From: Bacteroidota bacterium
Lineage (GTDB): Bacteria; Bacteroidota; Ignavibacteria; UBA10030; SZUA-254
Length of the DNA: 48,130 bases
Reading direction: 5' to 3'
Assembly: GCA_033852415.1 (NCBI GenBank)
Contig: JAWOMQ010000052.1
Span: forward strand, 1-48,130
Made by a program: the position numbers and the translations under genes. Within the stretch, counting starts at the first letter, position 1. Every line of letters starts with the position of its first letter. The notes under the pieces are model-generated. The model worked only from the letters and a program-made list of their open reading frames with translations, was not told where the DNA came from and made no database searches. Positions 1-8,766 of this stretch are shown one piece after another.

Positions 1-1
1 T

Positions 2-268
2 TCACAAAATTATCCCAATCCATTTAATCCATCCACTGAAATCCGCTTTGGAGTTCCTGTACCAAGTCATGTGCACTTGACGATTGTCAACGTCCTCGGG
101 CAGAACGTGGGGGAGTTGATGAACGAGGACGTCGTGGCTGGTGTGCACGTCATGGCATGGAGTCCTCAGCTTTCCAGCGGAACCTATTTCTATCGGCTGG
201 AGGCCACAAGTCTGTCTGAACCCCGCCAGATGTTCACGGAAACAAGAAAAGCAATTTTGTTGAGATAA
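2..268 (+). CDS. 3' end of a secreted protein carrying a type-A T9SS (Por) C-terminal sorting domain. The 5' end lies outside the window.
   Basis: Frame 2 is open from the window edge to TAA at 266-268. The translation SQNYPNPFNPSTEIRFGVPVPSHVHLTIVNVLGQNVGELMNEDVVAGVHVMAWSPQLSSGTYFYRLEATS...TRKAILLR fits the classic T9SS CTD pattern (NYPNPFNP..I.F.....V.L.I.N.LGQ.V..L....G.H...W....SG.YFYRL). The ORF track only lists it from the internal Met at 71. Confidence 0.75.
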   Translation, partial: SQNYPNPFNPSTEIRFGVPVPSHVHLTIVNVLGQNVGELMNEDVVAGVHVMAWSPQLSSGTYFYRLEATSLSEPRQMFTETRKAILLR

Positions 269-282
269 GTGCGTTTGACGGA

Positions 283-314
283 CAAAAAGAAAGGGCATCA
301 TAACGATGATGCCC
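283..314 (-). terminator. Intrinsic terminator between the convergent T9SS-CTD gene and the HerA-like gene
   Basis: Perfect 9-bp stem GGGCATCAT/ATGATGCCC (293-301 and 306-314) with a 4-nt loop. On the minus strand it is followed by TTTCTTTTTG (complement of 283-292) and lies 29 nt past the HerA-like stop at 343-345. It may also act weakly on the plus strand. Confidence 0.65.
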
Positions 315-342
315 TGTGTCATTATGCATTCTTGCAGTCTGT

Positions 343-1944
343 TCAGGTCCTGATCTGTCTCCACCAGTTGTTAACGACGTCAGTCACTTCGGTGTTGGCT
401 TCTTTTTTCTGCCATTTGTCAAAGTACTTGATGTCAGCGCTTGCAGGTTCGGGATTTGGCATGTCGATCAACACCCGCACCGGTACAGGAACAGCATCTC
501 CGATAAAATACGCCTCGCCCTGACGAAGCGTGGGAAGAACCTCGATAAGATTTGAGAGGCTGTCGGGGACAAGTTTTCGAATGTACTGTTGATCGTTCGG
601 ATTGAGCAACCGCATCGCAATGAAATTGTTGCATTGCGCAGTGATTGTTTCGGATATCTCAGACGGGCGCTGGCTGACGATCATGCTGCTCACGCCGTAT
701 TTCCGCCCTTCCTTGGCTATCCGTTCAACGGTCTTCCGCGCCGAGGTGCTTCGTCCTGTCATCGAAAGGTAGGTGTGCGCTTCCTCGAAGACGAGGAGAA
801 TAGGAAAATCGTGCCGGTGTTTGTTCCACAAATTGAAATCGAAGACGAGTCGCCCGAGCAATGAAACAAGGACGTTGATCACATCGAAAGGCACACGGCT
901 CAGATCGATGATGGTGATTCTTTTTCCGGAGTCGAGCCCGAACAATTTTGTCAGCAAACTCGCAAACGTGTCGGACGATTTGTAGTGTTTGGGCCGGAAG
1001 ATGAATTCATATCTCTTATCCATCAACTTACTTTCAAGGCGAACGAGGAAACGTGTAAACTGTCCGTAAAATGGTCCCTCTTTTCCACTCAATGTTCGCT
1101 CCGTATCGAGGGATCTCATTCGTGCGCTGACATCCAGAAAATCGAAATAGACCGGTGTATCGATCGTGAGATAATCCTTTAGCGGAAGATTTTTTCCTTT
1201 CTTGGAATCGAGGATGGCTTCCTTTAGTATCATAATCTGGTTGTTCGCGGAACCCTCATTTTCATCGACGAATGTTTCGACAAGTTCGTCAAAATTCATT
1301 AACCAGTAGGGAAGTTCGAGTTCAGTAATTTTAATGACATTTCCGGATTCGTGAAATGCGGGGCCATACTCCCCGTGAAGATCAAGAAGGAGAATATGGG
1401 TATTTTCGAACTTCCCGACCTTCTGCAGAAGGGAAGCTGTCGTGCAGGATTTACCCGAACCGGTAGAGCCAAACAGAGCAATGTGCTTTGCAAAGAATTT
1501 GTTGGGGTTCAAATACATCCGTTCATCCTGAAGCACCGAGATCGTGCCGGGGGAGTATCCATAGACCCGGAACGTGAGGAATATGCTCTTGAGATCTTCC
1601 GCTTGGGCACTGTACACAGCGCTCCCAATCAGCGGATATGTTGAGATGCTGCGTTCAAATTTCCCTTCCGTGACAGTACCGATGAGTTGGATCTCAATGG
1701 TCTGTTTGTGATCCTTCTGTGCTTCCGGAGGAGCTTTTGAGTCCCCGGCGCTAAACTGGCGGACGTTCGTAATGGATCCTACGACAGTTGTATCTCCCTC
1801 GGTCATGACGACGTAACTGCCGAGCCGGCTCGCCGCCGATGAGGCACCATTCGTTAAGATGGCGGAAACAGTCATACTGTTGACAGCCGATATGGTTCCG
1901 ATTTGTTTTGATGAATCTCCCATGGAGATAAAATCCTTTCGCAC
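343..1944 (-). CDS. HerA-like ATPase (FtsK-HerA superfamily, DUF87) with an N-terminal HAS-barrel
   Basis: 533-aa ORF. The HAS-barrel-like N-terminus reads IGTISAVNSMTVSAIL...LGSYVVMTEGDTTVVGSITNV. Walker A is GSTGSGKS (codons at 1447-1470), Walker B is ILLVFEEAH, and an SQRPSEI motif is typical of HerA. The track start at 1944 is GTG, 1 nt after the upstream stop. An ATG at 1923 preceded by AAAGGA is an alternative start. Confidence 0.85.
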   Translation of the reverse strand: MRKDFISMGDSSKQIGTISAVNSMTVSAILTNGASSAASRLGSYVVMTEGDTTVVGSITNVRQFSAGDSKAPPEAQKDHKQTIEIQLIGTVTEGKFERSISTYPLIGSAVYSAQAEDLKSIFLTFRVYGYSPGTISVLQDERMYLNPNKFFAKHIALFGSTGSGKSCTTASLLQKVGKFENTHILLLDLHGEYGPAFHESGNVIKITELELPYWLMNFDELVETFVDENEGSANNQIMILKEAILDSKKGKNLPLKDYLTIDTPVYFDFLDVSARMRSLDTERTLSGKEGPFYGQFTRFLVRLESKLMDKRYEFIFRPKHYKSSDTFASLLTKLFGLDSGKRITIIDLSRVPFDVINVLVSLLGRLVFDFNLWNKHRHDFPILLVFEEAHTYLSMTGRSTSARKTVERIAKEGRKYGVSSMIVSQRPSEISETITAQCNNFIAMRLLNPNDQQYIRKLVPDSLSNLIEVLPTLRQGEAYFIGDAVPVPVRVLIDMPNPEPASADIKYFDKWQKKEANTEVTDVVNNWWRQIRT

Positions 1945-1945
1945 G

Positions 1946-3178
1946 TTATTGATTTCTTTTGATAACTACGAGTGTCTTGTCGTCAGACTGAGCACCCGAA
2001 CTATTAAAAACCTGAACATCCTCCAGAACAAGCTGGGAAATTTCCTTCGGAGATTTGGAGCGGTGTTGCAACAACTGCTGCACGAGTCGATTCTCACCGT
2101 AGAATTCCCCCTGCTCGTTCATGGCTTCCGGAATGCCGTCCGTGTAGAGCACAAGGAGATCCCCCTTTTTCATATGTGTGCTCTCCGTCCTGAATACTTC
2201 GTTCGGGAACGGCCCGAGCATCTGACCGGTCGCATCCAGAAATTCTGGTTGGGATGATTCGGCACGCAGCAAAATTGGCATGTTGTGGCCGCAATTCGCG
2301 TAGATGATGAGCCCACTCTTATCGTTAGTCAGCTCCGCGTAAAAGAGAGAAACAAAATGTTCCTCGGAAAATGTTTTATGCAATAACTTATTGACGCGGG
2401 AGAGCAGGACGGCAATTTTTGTCTGATACTCAAATCCCATCCTGAGCGCCCCGGAAATGTACAACGCCTCGACCGCCGCCGATATTCCCTTGCTTGTCGC
2501 ATCGCCTATGACCACAGCTAACCTTTCGGGATCGTTTTCAAGCTGGAGATAGTCGAAAAAATCACCGCCAACGATTCGCTCAGGGATGGAAATGCCGTAA
2601 CTTTCGTAGGAGTGAAAGCGGATTTCATGCTGGGGAAGGATGCTTTGCTGGATTTCTCGAGCTTTGTCAAGATCGCGCTCAAGGACTTTCGCTTTTTGTT
2701 CAATCCTTTTGTTGCGCAACACCGAGCTCAGTGCGGCACTGATGATATTCAGTGTGGCCGTAATTCCCTCTCCCAATTCATCCGAGTTAAATGCTATAAC
2801 ATACCGAAAAAGCGTGTGACCACGCCAGACCAGCTTTTCACCTACACCCGTGGCTGAATACTTGAAGATGCCCCGTTTCCTGAGGTACTGATCGTTTTCG
2901 TTTGCGAGCACCGTTCTGACCTTCGGTAATTCGAGGAAGAGAGGGTAGTCTTTCAACTTTATTCGGTATTTCGCCCGGATCTGTTCGATATCACCGATCT
3001 GATATAAAAGTTCGTAGCTCCCTGTTTTCGGATCGAACTTCCATAGCCGGCCACCCCTGATTTTTATCTCCTCATTCTGGACAATCTCAACCAGCGCGTG
3101 CTCCAGAAGCTTCTCATCGCTTTCGAATTTCTGCGACCCGAAGGACTCAATTGTCCGATATAACTTACGTAACTGCAT
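1946..3178 (-). CDS. GAF-like sensor domain fused to a PP2C-type (SpoIIE/RsbU family) serine phosphatase
   Basis: 410-aa ORF. The C-terminal half has all the PP2C/SpoIIE metal-binding motifs: GGDFFDY, VIGDATSKG, LVLYTDGIPEA and SDDKTLVVIK. A coiled linker follows the N-terminal region of about 160 aa, which looks GAF-like. The TAA stop at 1946-1948 abuts the HerA-like start. Confidence 0.85.
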   Translation of the reverse strand: MQLRKLYRTIESFGSQKFESDEKLLEHALVEIVQNEEIKIRGGRLWKFDPKTGSYELLYQIGDIEQIRAKYRIKLKDYPLFLELPKVRTVLANENDQYLRKRGIFKYSATGVGEKLVWRGHTLFRYVIAFNSDELGEGITATLNIISAALSSVLRNKRIEQKAKVLERDLDKAREIQQSILPQHEIRFHSYESYGISIPERIVGGDFFDYLQLENDPERLAVVIGDATSKGISAAVEALYISGALRMGFEYQTKIAVLLSRVNKLLHKTFSEEHFVSLFYAELTNDKSGLIIYANCGHNMPILLRAESSQPEFLDATGQMLGPFPNEVFRTESTHMKKGDLLVLYTDGIPEAMNEQGEFYGENRLVQQLLQHRSKSPKEISQLVLEDVQVFNSSGAQSDDKTLVVIKRNQ

Positions 3179-3456
3179 TATCCCTGGCGATGGTCCTTAT
3201 AAAATCAACTAAATGTAGGGTGAAAATCAGTAAAACGCAATCTTTTTGAGAATTTGATAAACCTTCAATCTCATGATTCGAGGGACCACATGGTCAGACA
3301 TATATGGGGATGCAGGTTGGAATGGGGAACCGATGCCTACCGGTTTCAAGAATGGATTCGGGATGAACTTTCCCCGATTTTGCGGGGACTAACTCAATTG
3401 TGCACGGGTGTGGCATGTATATCGTGAAGAAGGTGCCCCCGACTGCCATCTTGAAC

Positions 3457-4125
3457 TCATTCGTGATATTTCTTCTCACCAGCATAAACAGCGAAGGGAA
3501 GATGATCTTCCTTCCTCGGGATCGCGCAGGAATACTTACTGCTGTATGCGCAGTATGGGTTGTAAGCGTCGTTAAAATTGATTGTATAAACGAAATTCGG
3601 ATTCGGTTCTTCTTCCCCGACATCGACGTATCTTCCAACATGATAAGTCTCTCTGCCGGTCGTTTCGTCCGTGAACCAGATCGACAAGGGCTCTTCGATT
3701 CCCGAATGATCGTTCTTTTTGTTTGGGGGATTCTTGTAGACGTTTAAAACGTACTGACGGCCGCCGAAATCGATAAGGAAATAGCCATACCGGATCATTG
3801 GGCGCTCTTCACCCTTGGTTCCAAAAATTGTGACATGTTCGGGGTTCTGATACCGGTTGAGTTTCGATAGAAAGCAATAATTCGAGTCCGGGGGAAACCA
3901 GCTGAGGCCATGGTACTGGATCGAGGTATCCTGTCGGAACGGAGATTCTGGATCATTCCGGAACGATGAGTCCTTCGAAGTTCTATAGGCAATGGTTTCG
4001 GAGAGAAAGTTTTGAGGCAAAGGCCGTCGTGTACAACAGCCCGGTGACACGAGGAGCACCATAAGCCAAAACGCGAAAAAGAAAACAATGTGATTCACCG
4101 TACATTTGAAGACTGGTCGAGCCAC
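3457..4125 (-). CDS. DUF1684 domain protein, probably secreted or a lipoprotein
   Basis: 222-aa ORF. The C-terminal motif FNDAYNPYCAYSSKYSCAIPRKEDHLPFAVYAGEKKY is characteristic of DUF1684. The hydrophobic N-terminus ends in ..SPGC. The track start overlaps the upstream gene by 31 nt, and an alternative Met is at 4062. Confidence 0.72.
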   Translation of the reverse strand: MARPVFKCTVNHIVFFFAFWLMVLLVSPGCCTRRPLPQNFLSETIAYRTSKDSSFRNDPESPFRQDTSIQYHGLSWFPPDSNYCFLSKLNRYQNPEHVTIFGTKGEERPMIRYGYFLIDFGGRQYVLNVYKNPPNKKNDHSGIEEPLSIWFTDETTGRETYHVGRYVDVGEEEPNPNFVYTINFNDAYNPYCAYSSKYSCAIPRKEDHLPFAVYAGEKKYHE

Positions 4126-5084
4126 GTGTCCCCTCCATCGCTTGTCTTAAGAATTGTGGCGTTTGTACCAACGATCCATCCGACTTTTCGGTTGAGAAAC
4201 TGCGCCGAGAAGAAGGTGGCGATTTTGGACGGCTTGATATTGACGAAATGCGCACCACCATCTGATGTCCGTAAAAGTGCGCCGTCAGTTCCGGCCACCC
4301 AACCATACTGGTCATCGACAAACGATAACCCGTATTCAAAATCGCTGGAAAGAAAAGATCCGAGATCTTCGCGAACATGTTGCCTCGACCATGTGATCCC
4401 GCTATTTGTGGTTTTCATGATCGCTCCGTATCCACCGCACACCCAGCCAAGGTTCGAGGTGAGGAATTGAGTCCCAAAAAAGAAACTCGTCAGGCCGCTC
4501 TGGAGAGGGACCCAGTGCGCACCGCTGTCGGTTGTTTTAAGGATGCGTCCGCTGGCCCCTCCTATGAATCCAATCGTCTCCGTCGGGAACGAAACCGACC
4601 AGAGATTGTCTCTCACGCCGCTCGTCATCGCCTTCCACGTATCTCCGCCGTCGCCGGTTTTCAGTATTGTCCCGCCGAATCCGGCAACATAAGCGGTAGA
4701 GCGAGAAAGGAATTGTATGCCGACAAGGTTAACATTAAACGGGGTCTTCTTCATCTTCCAATGAGTTCCTGTGTCACTGGTGATATAAATGGTCCCGTGC
4801 TGTCCGACGATCATCCCATATCGATGCGCGAAAAAAGCTATCCCGTACAACTCGGGTGAATCACCCTTGAGTGGTACTTTGTGCCATTGTGCTCCTCCAT
4901 TGGTTGTGCGGAGTAGAACCGAGGGCTTTCCCACGATGAACGCATTGTCACTATCAAGGGCGCATATGTGTAAATAAGTATCTTCAGGGCCCGGGTTCTT
5001 TCCGGGAACAATTCCCGGAGTAAGCGTTACCTGCGGAAAAGTATTGAGTAAAAACAAAAAGAAAAAATACATTCCAATCTCCAT
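4095..5084 (-). CDS. BNR/Asp-box repeat beta-propeller protein, Ycf48/Hcf136-like
   Basis: 329-aa ORF with six regularly spaced Asp-box motifs (TSDTGTHW, TGDGGDTW, TTDSGAHW, TTNSGITW, TSDGGAHF, TSDGGDTW) and a hydrophobic N-terminal signal. Confidence 0.75.
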   Translation of the reverse strand: MEIGMYFFFLFLLNTFPQVTLTPGIVPGKNPGPEDTYLHICALDSDNAFIVGKPSVLLRTTNGGAQWHKVPLKGDSPELYGIAFFAHRYGMIVGQHGTIYITSDTGTHWKMKKTPFNVNLVGIQFLSRSTAYVAGFGGTILKTGDGGDTWKAMTSGVRDNLWSVSFPTETIGFIGGASGRILKTTDSGAHWVPLQSGLTSFFFGTQFLTSNLGWVCGGYGAIMKTTNSGITWSRQHVREDLGSFLSSDFEYGLSFVDDQYGWVAGTDGALLRTSDGGAHFVNIKPSKIATFFSAQFLNRKVGWIVGTNATILKTSDGGDTWLDQSSNVR

Positions 5085-5202
5085 CTATGATTGATCGATA
5101 GGCCTCCCGAACGGTTGGTGGATACCTCGCTGCGACTGTTTCATGAGAGCCAGGTCCTGACAGGACTCGTGATCTTCAGTCGGAGAATATCGATGCGCAA
5201 GG

Positions 5203-7878
5203 TCATCGGGTCTCGATCCCTGCAGCAATATCGACATGCAGTTTTTGGGTTTGTTTCACTTTGCCGTACGTGAGTGTAACTGTGTAGTCGCCGGGGCTTA
5301 CAAATTTTTGCCCTTCACCACCATAATCGTTCAGAAACTCTTTTGCCGTCTTCAAATCCCAAACCGCGCGATTGATGCCCGGCGTTCCTGCAATCGAGAG
5401 GTTCGCGACTGGTTCGCCCTTTGGATTGGTGATCGAAATCTTCGGGGTTTCACCTGTGAATTCCTTCACATAGACATTGATCATCACTCCATCCGGCGGA
5501 TTCGCACCTCTGTAAACATACGCCCCATCCCAATCGTTTGTTCCCTCCAGGGAGTAGGAGCCAAAGGCGGCTCGTGGGGGGAAAAGGTAGGCGCTGGAGC
5601 GTTGAACCTCCGGCGTAAAGTCCTCGAGAGGGTGGATGTCATCAATGATGTACAGGCTCCGACCATGTGTCGCAATGGCCAGATCATGATCTCGTGGCTG
5701 AACGAGGAGGTCATCGACGGCTACCGTCGGGAGTTCTCCGAACCTGATCCATGCCTTTCCCTGGTCCTGACTCACGTACAACGCAAATTCTGTCCCGACG
5801 AACAACAGGTTCTGATTTGTAGGGTCTTCGCGGATCACGTTTACCGGGGCGTCGACAGGGAGATCGGATGAGATCGACCGCCATGTGTTTCCGCCATCTG
5901 TGGTTTTATAAACGAGAGGGGCATAATTCCCGGTCCAGTGAGCATCCACGGAGAGGTAGGCGACGTTTGAGTCGATGTGGCCGGGTTCGATGCGGCTAAT
6001 GAGTTGCCCTTTGCATTCTTTGGGGAGTTTTTGGGTGAGGTCGATCCATGTTAAACCGTCATTGGTTGTTTTCCACAACTTGCCGTCGTCTGTTCCTGCC
6101 CACAAGCATCCCACCTGCACTGGAGATTCTGCGAGAGAATACACAACACCATAGTTTTCAGCTCCGCTGCCTACGGTCATGATTTTGCCGGGGTCTTGTG
6201 TCGAGAGATCAGGGCTAATGAGTTTCCAGCTTTCCCCGTGAGAAGTGAGCTTGAAGACATGATTGCCTGCGAGGTAAAGTGTCCCCGGCTCATGGAGGCT
6301 GCCGATGAGAGGGGAGTTCCAGTGAAAACGAAAAGCGGGCTGTCCTTCCGCAGGCTGTGGACGCAATCCCTTTACCTCTCCGGTCCGGAGATTTAAACGA
6401 TGGACATAACCTTCCTGCGATTCTGCGTAGACGATCGTCGAATCCAGAGGATCAAATACGCAGTAAAAGCCGTCACCACCCCCGATGTTAATCCAATCTG
6501 TGTTAAGAATTCCATCCTTGGTTTTCGTCCTGCTCGGTCCTATCCAGTTCCTGTTATCCTGCAATCCACCCGCAAGCCGGTATGGATTGCTCATATCCGC
6601 AGTGATGTGGTAGAATTCGCCGGCAGCAAATTTGTTGAGGTATTCCCATCCCTTACCGCCTGCCAGACTCTGGTAGAGTCCGCCGTCCGTTCCCAGTACT
6701 AGCCGTTTTGGGTTTTTTGAATCGATTGCAAGCGCATGACAATCGGGATGAACTTTGTCAAAATAATCTTCCCGAAATATTGTTCCTCCATCTTCTGACA
6801 CATGGAGCATGTAGCCAAGGACGTATACCGTCTGATCATTCGATGGGTCTACCCGAATCTGGCTGAAGTAGAAGGGGCGAGGGTCAAGAGCACTCTGGCG
6901 TTTCCATGTTTCGCCCCCGTCTTCGGAACGAAATACGCCGCCGTGCTTACTGTGCACGTCGTCGATATCACTTGTTCCTCCCTCATCGCTCTGGATGACT
7001 GCGTAGACTATCGTGGGATTTTTCTGATAGATGTCCAAACCGATTCGCCCTGTTTGTCCCGGCAGGCCGTTCGTTAACTTTTTCCAGGATTCACCCCCAT
7101 CGGTCGTTTTGTAGATCCCGCCGACATCCTCACCGTTTGTGACCGCCGTCCCCACGGTGAACGACCAGGGAGTGCGAACCCGGGCATAGAGTGTGGCATA
7201 CAAAATTTTTGGATTTGAAGAGTCGATGACGACATCGCCACACCCTACCCGGTCGCTCAGACCTTTTGGTGCCTGGAGTACCACTTTCCAGTTCTTTCCA
7301 CCGTCAGTTGTTTTGTACAGGCCTCGCTCAGGACCCCGTCCCCACAGTTCTCCCATCGACGCAACCCACACAGTGTTTGTGTCGGAAGGGTGAACGACGA
7401 TGCGTGCGATTGATTTGCTCTTCTTGAGGCCCGCGTTCGTCCATGTACTCCCGCCGTCCGTGGAATGGTACACACCATCACCCCAGCCGGAACTGTTGCG
7501 ATCATTGGCTTCCCCAGTCCCTACCCAGATGTGTTTTGAATTTGACGGGGCGACAGCGATAGCTCCAATGGAAGCGACCGGCTCCTTCTCAAAAATTGCG
7601 TCAAAGGACGCTCCTCCATTGACGGTCTTCATAATCCCACCGGTCGCAAGACCGACATAAAAGGTATAATTGTCCTGTGGGTCGAGGGCAATGCTTGAAA
7701 CCCGGCCGCCCATGACCGCGGGTCCAATACTGCGCGCCTTAAAGCTCTTGAGCATTGAGGAGATCAAGACAGAATCGCCATGCGCTGCTGCGATTGACCT
7801 CTCTCCCGCGGAAGAAAACGTGATTGCCGAAAAGAGTGGAAGAACAATGAACGTAACCTTGATAGCGGTGAGTCTCAT
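5203..7878 (-). CDS. Large secreted BNR/Asp-box repeat protein (sortilin/Vps10-like or GH74-like beta-propeller)
   Basis: The ORF has at least 8 Asp-boxes (STDGGSTW, TTDGGKNW, TTDGGESW, SEDGGETW, SEDGGTIF, TTNDGLTW, TTDGGNTW, SQDQGKAW). I place the start at Met17 (ATG 7878), which gives a signal peptide MRLTAIKVTFIVLPLFSAITFSSA. The track start is 7926. Confidence 0.8.
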   Translation of the reverse strand: MRLTAIKVTFIVLPLFSAITFSSAGERSIAAAHGDSVLISSMLKSFKARSIGPAVMGGRVSSIALDPQDNYTFYVGLATGGIMKTVNGGASFDAIFEKEPVASIGAIAVAPSNSKHIWVGTGEANDRNSSGWGDGVYHSTDGGSTWTNAGLKKSKSIARIVVHPSDTNTVWVASMGELWGRGPERGLYKTTDGGKNWKVVLQAPKGLSDRVGCGDVVIDSSNPKILYATLYARVRTPWSFTVGTAVTNGEDVGGIYKTTDGGESWKKLTNGLPGQTGRIGLDIYQKNPTIVYAVIQSDEGGTSDIDDVHSKHGGVFRSEDGGETWKRQSALDPRPFYFSQIRVDPSNDQTVYVLGYMLHVSEDGGTIFREDYFDKVHPDCHALAIDSKNPKRLVLGTDGGLYQSLAGGKGWEYLNKFAAGEFYHITADMSNPYRLAGGLQDNRNWIGPSRTKTKDGILNTDWINIGGGDGFYCVFDPLDSTIVYAESQEGYVHRLNLRTGEVKGLRPQPAEGQPAFRFHWNSPLIGSLHEPGTLYLAGNHVFKLTSHGESWKLISPDLSTQDPGKIMTVGSGAENYGVVYSLAESPVQVGCLWAGTDDGKLWKTTNDGLTWIDLTQKLPKECKGQLISRIEPGHIDSNVAYLSVDAHWTGNYAPLVYKTTDGGNTWRSISSDLPVDAPVNVIREDPTNQNLLFVGTEFALYVSQDQGKAWIRFGELPTVAVDDLLVQPRDHDLAIATHGRSLYIIDDIHPLEDFTPEVQRSSAYLFPPRAAFGSYSLEGTNDWDGAYVYRGANPPDGVMINVYVKEFTGETPKISITNPKGEPVANLSIAGTPGINRAVWDLKTAKEFLNDYGGEGQKFVSPGDYTVTLTYGKVKQTQKLHVDIAAGIETR

Positions 7879-7943
7879 AAAATGTGAACCCTTTTGTCTA
7901 TAGTGATGGAGAATCGTTATTTCCACGCTTCAGACTCTGATCT

Positions 7944-8765
7944 TTACTCAGGTTTGAGAGATGATTGTACGTTATCGCGATGAGAGTTAAACCATCGGAC
8001 AATAGCGCTTATAAGAACTCGGGGGAGAATTCGTGTACAAAAAATCAGGAATTTGTTTCTCAGACCCGGGATAATCATTGGTCGACCTTTCATCAATCCG
8101 GTGTAACCCCGTCGAGCCACGGTGGAGGCCTTCATAATAAATGCTGGCCGGGTCAGGTTTGTGTCGGCGATTCCTGCGCGGCGTTGGAAGGCTGTGGAAG
8201 TTTCGCCGGGGCAAAGTACGGACACACTGACTCCGCTTCCCCGTAGCTCCTCCCGTAATGCCTGGGTGAAAGAAAAGACGAAGGCTTTTGTTGCATAATA
8301 CGTTGCCATGAACGGCCCCGGCGCGAAGGCAGCTGTCGAAGCGACATTGAGAATCCTTCCCGACTTGCGATGGATCATGTCCGGCAGGAGAAACCTTGTC
8401 AGTTTTGCGAGAGTAACGATGTTGAGCTGAATTTCTGCAATCTCAAGATCCAGATCCGATGTGCTGAAGCTCCCCCAGGTTCCGAACCCGGCATTATTGA
8501 TGAGAATGTCAACCCGATGGTGCGCCTGCTGGAGTGCGTGGTGAATGGTATTTGCTGCCTGGGGTTTTGAGAGATCGCAGGCGATTCTTGTGCACGAGAC
8601 TGAATACTGACCTTCCAGCTGTGCAGCTACTTCCGCGAGAGCTCGTTCATGCTGCGCGACAATGATGAGGTTGTAGCCGTCCCGCGCGAAAAGTTTCGCA
8701 AACTCTAAGCCAATCCCGCTCGTCGCGCCTGTGATAAGAGCGGTTTTCCCGCTGCTCACTCCCAT
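7944..8765 (-). CDS. Short-chain dehydrogenase/reductase (SDR) family oxidoreductase
   Basis: 273-aa ORF with the TGATSGIG cofactor motif, NNAG, and the catalytic YYATK. Its start is 1 nt after the upstream gene's stop (TAAcATG). Confidence 0.9.
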   Translation of the reverse strand: MGVSSGKTALITGATSGIGLEFAKLFARDGYNLIIVAQHERALAEVAAQLEGQYSVSCTRIACDLSKPQAANTIHHALQQAHHRVDILINNAGFGTWGSFSTSDLDLEIAEIQLNIVTLAKLTRFLLPDMIHRKSGRILNVASTAAFAPGPFMATYYATKAFVFSFTQALREELRGSGVSVSVLCPGETSTAFQRRAGIADTNLTRPAFIMKASTVARRGYTGLMKGRPMIIPGLRNKFLIFCTRILPRVLISAIVRWFNSHRDNVQSSLKPE

Positions 8766-8766
8766 G

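Noticed and set aside
2-364. 120-aa minus-strand ORF at the left edge
   Set aside because: It is antisense to a plus-strand frame that encodes a textbook T9SS C-terminal sorting domain. It also runs across the intergenic terminator hairpin and has no recognisable motif.
343-1944. Reading the ATPase as a conjugative VirB4/TraC-type or FtsK-type translocase, which would point to a mobile element
   Set aside because: It has no TM segments, no neighbouring T4SS, relaxase or integrase genes, and an N-terminal HAS-barrel-like region. All of this points to the HerA clade. A phylogenetic check is still needed.
3372-3387. Hairpin CCCCGATTTTGCGGGG downstream of the DUF1684 gene as a terminator
   Set aside because: On the relevant (minus) strand the stem is followed by AAAGTTC rather than a U-tract, so it is too weak to call.
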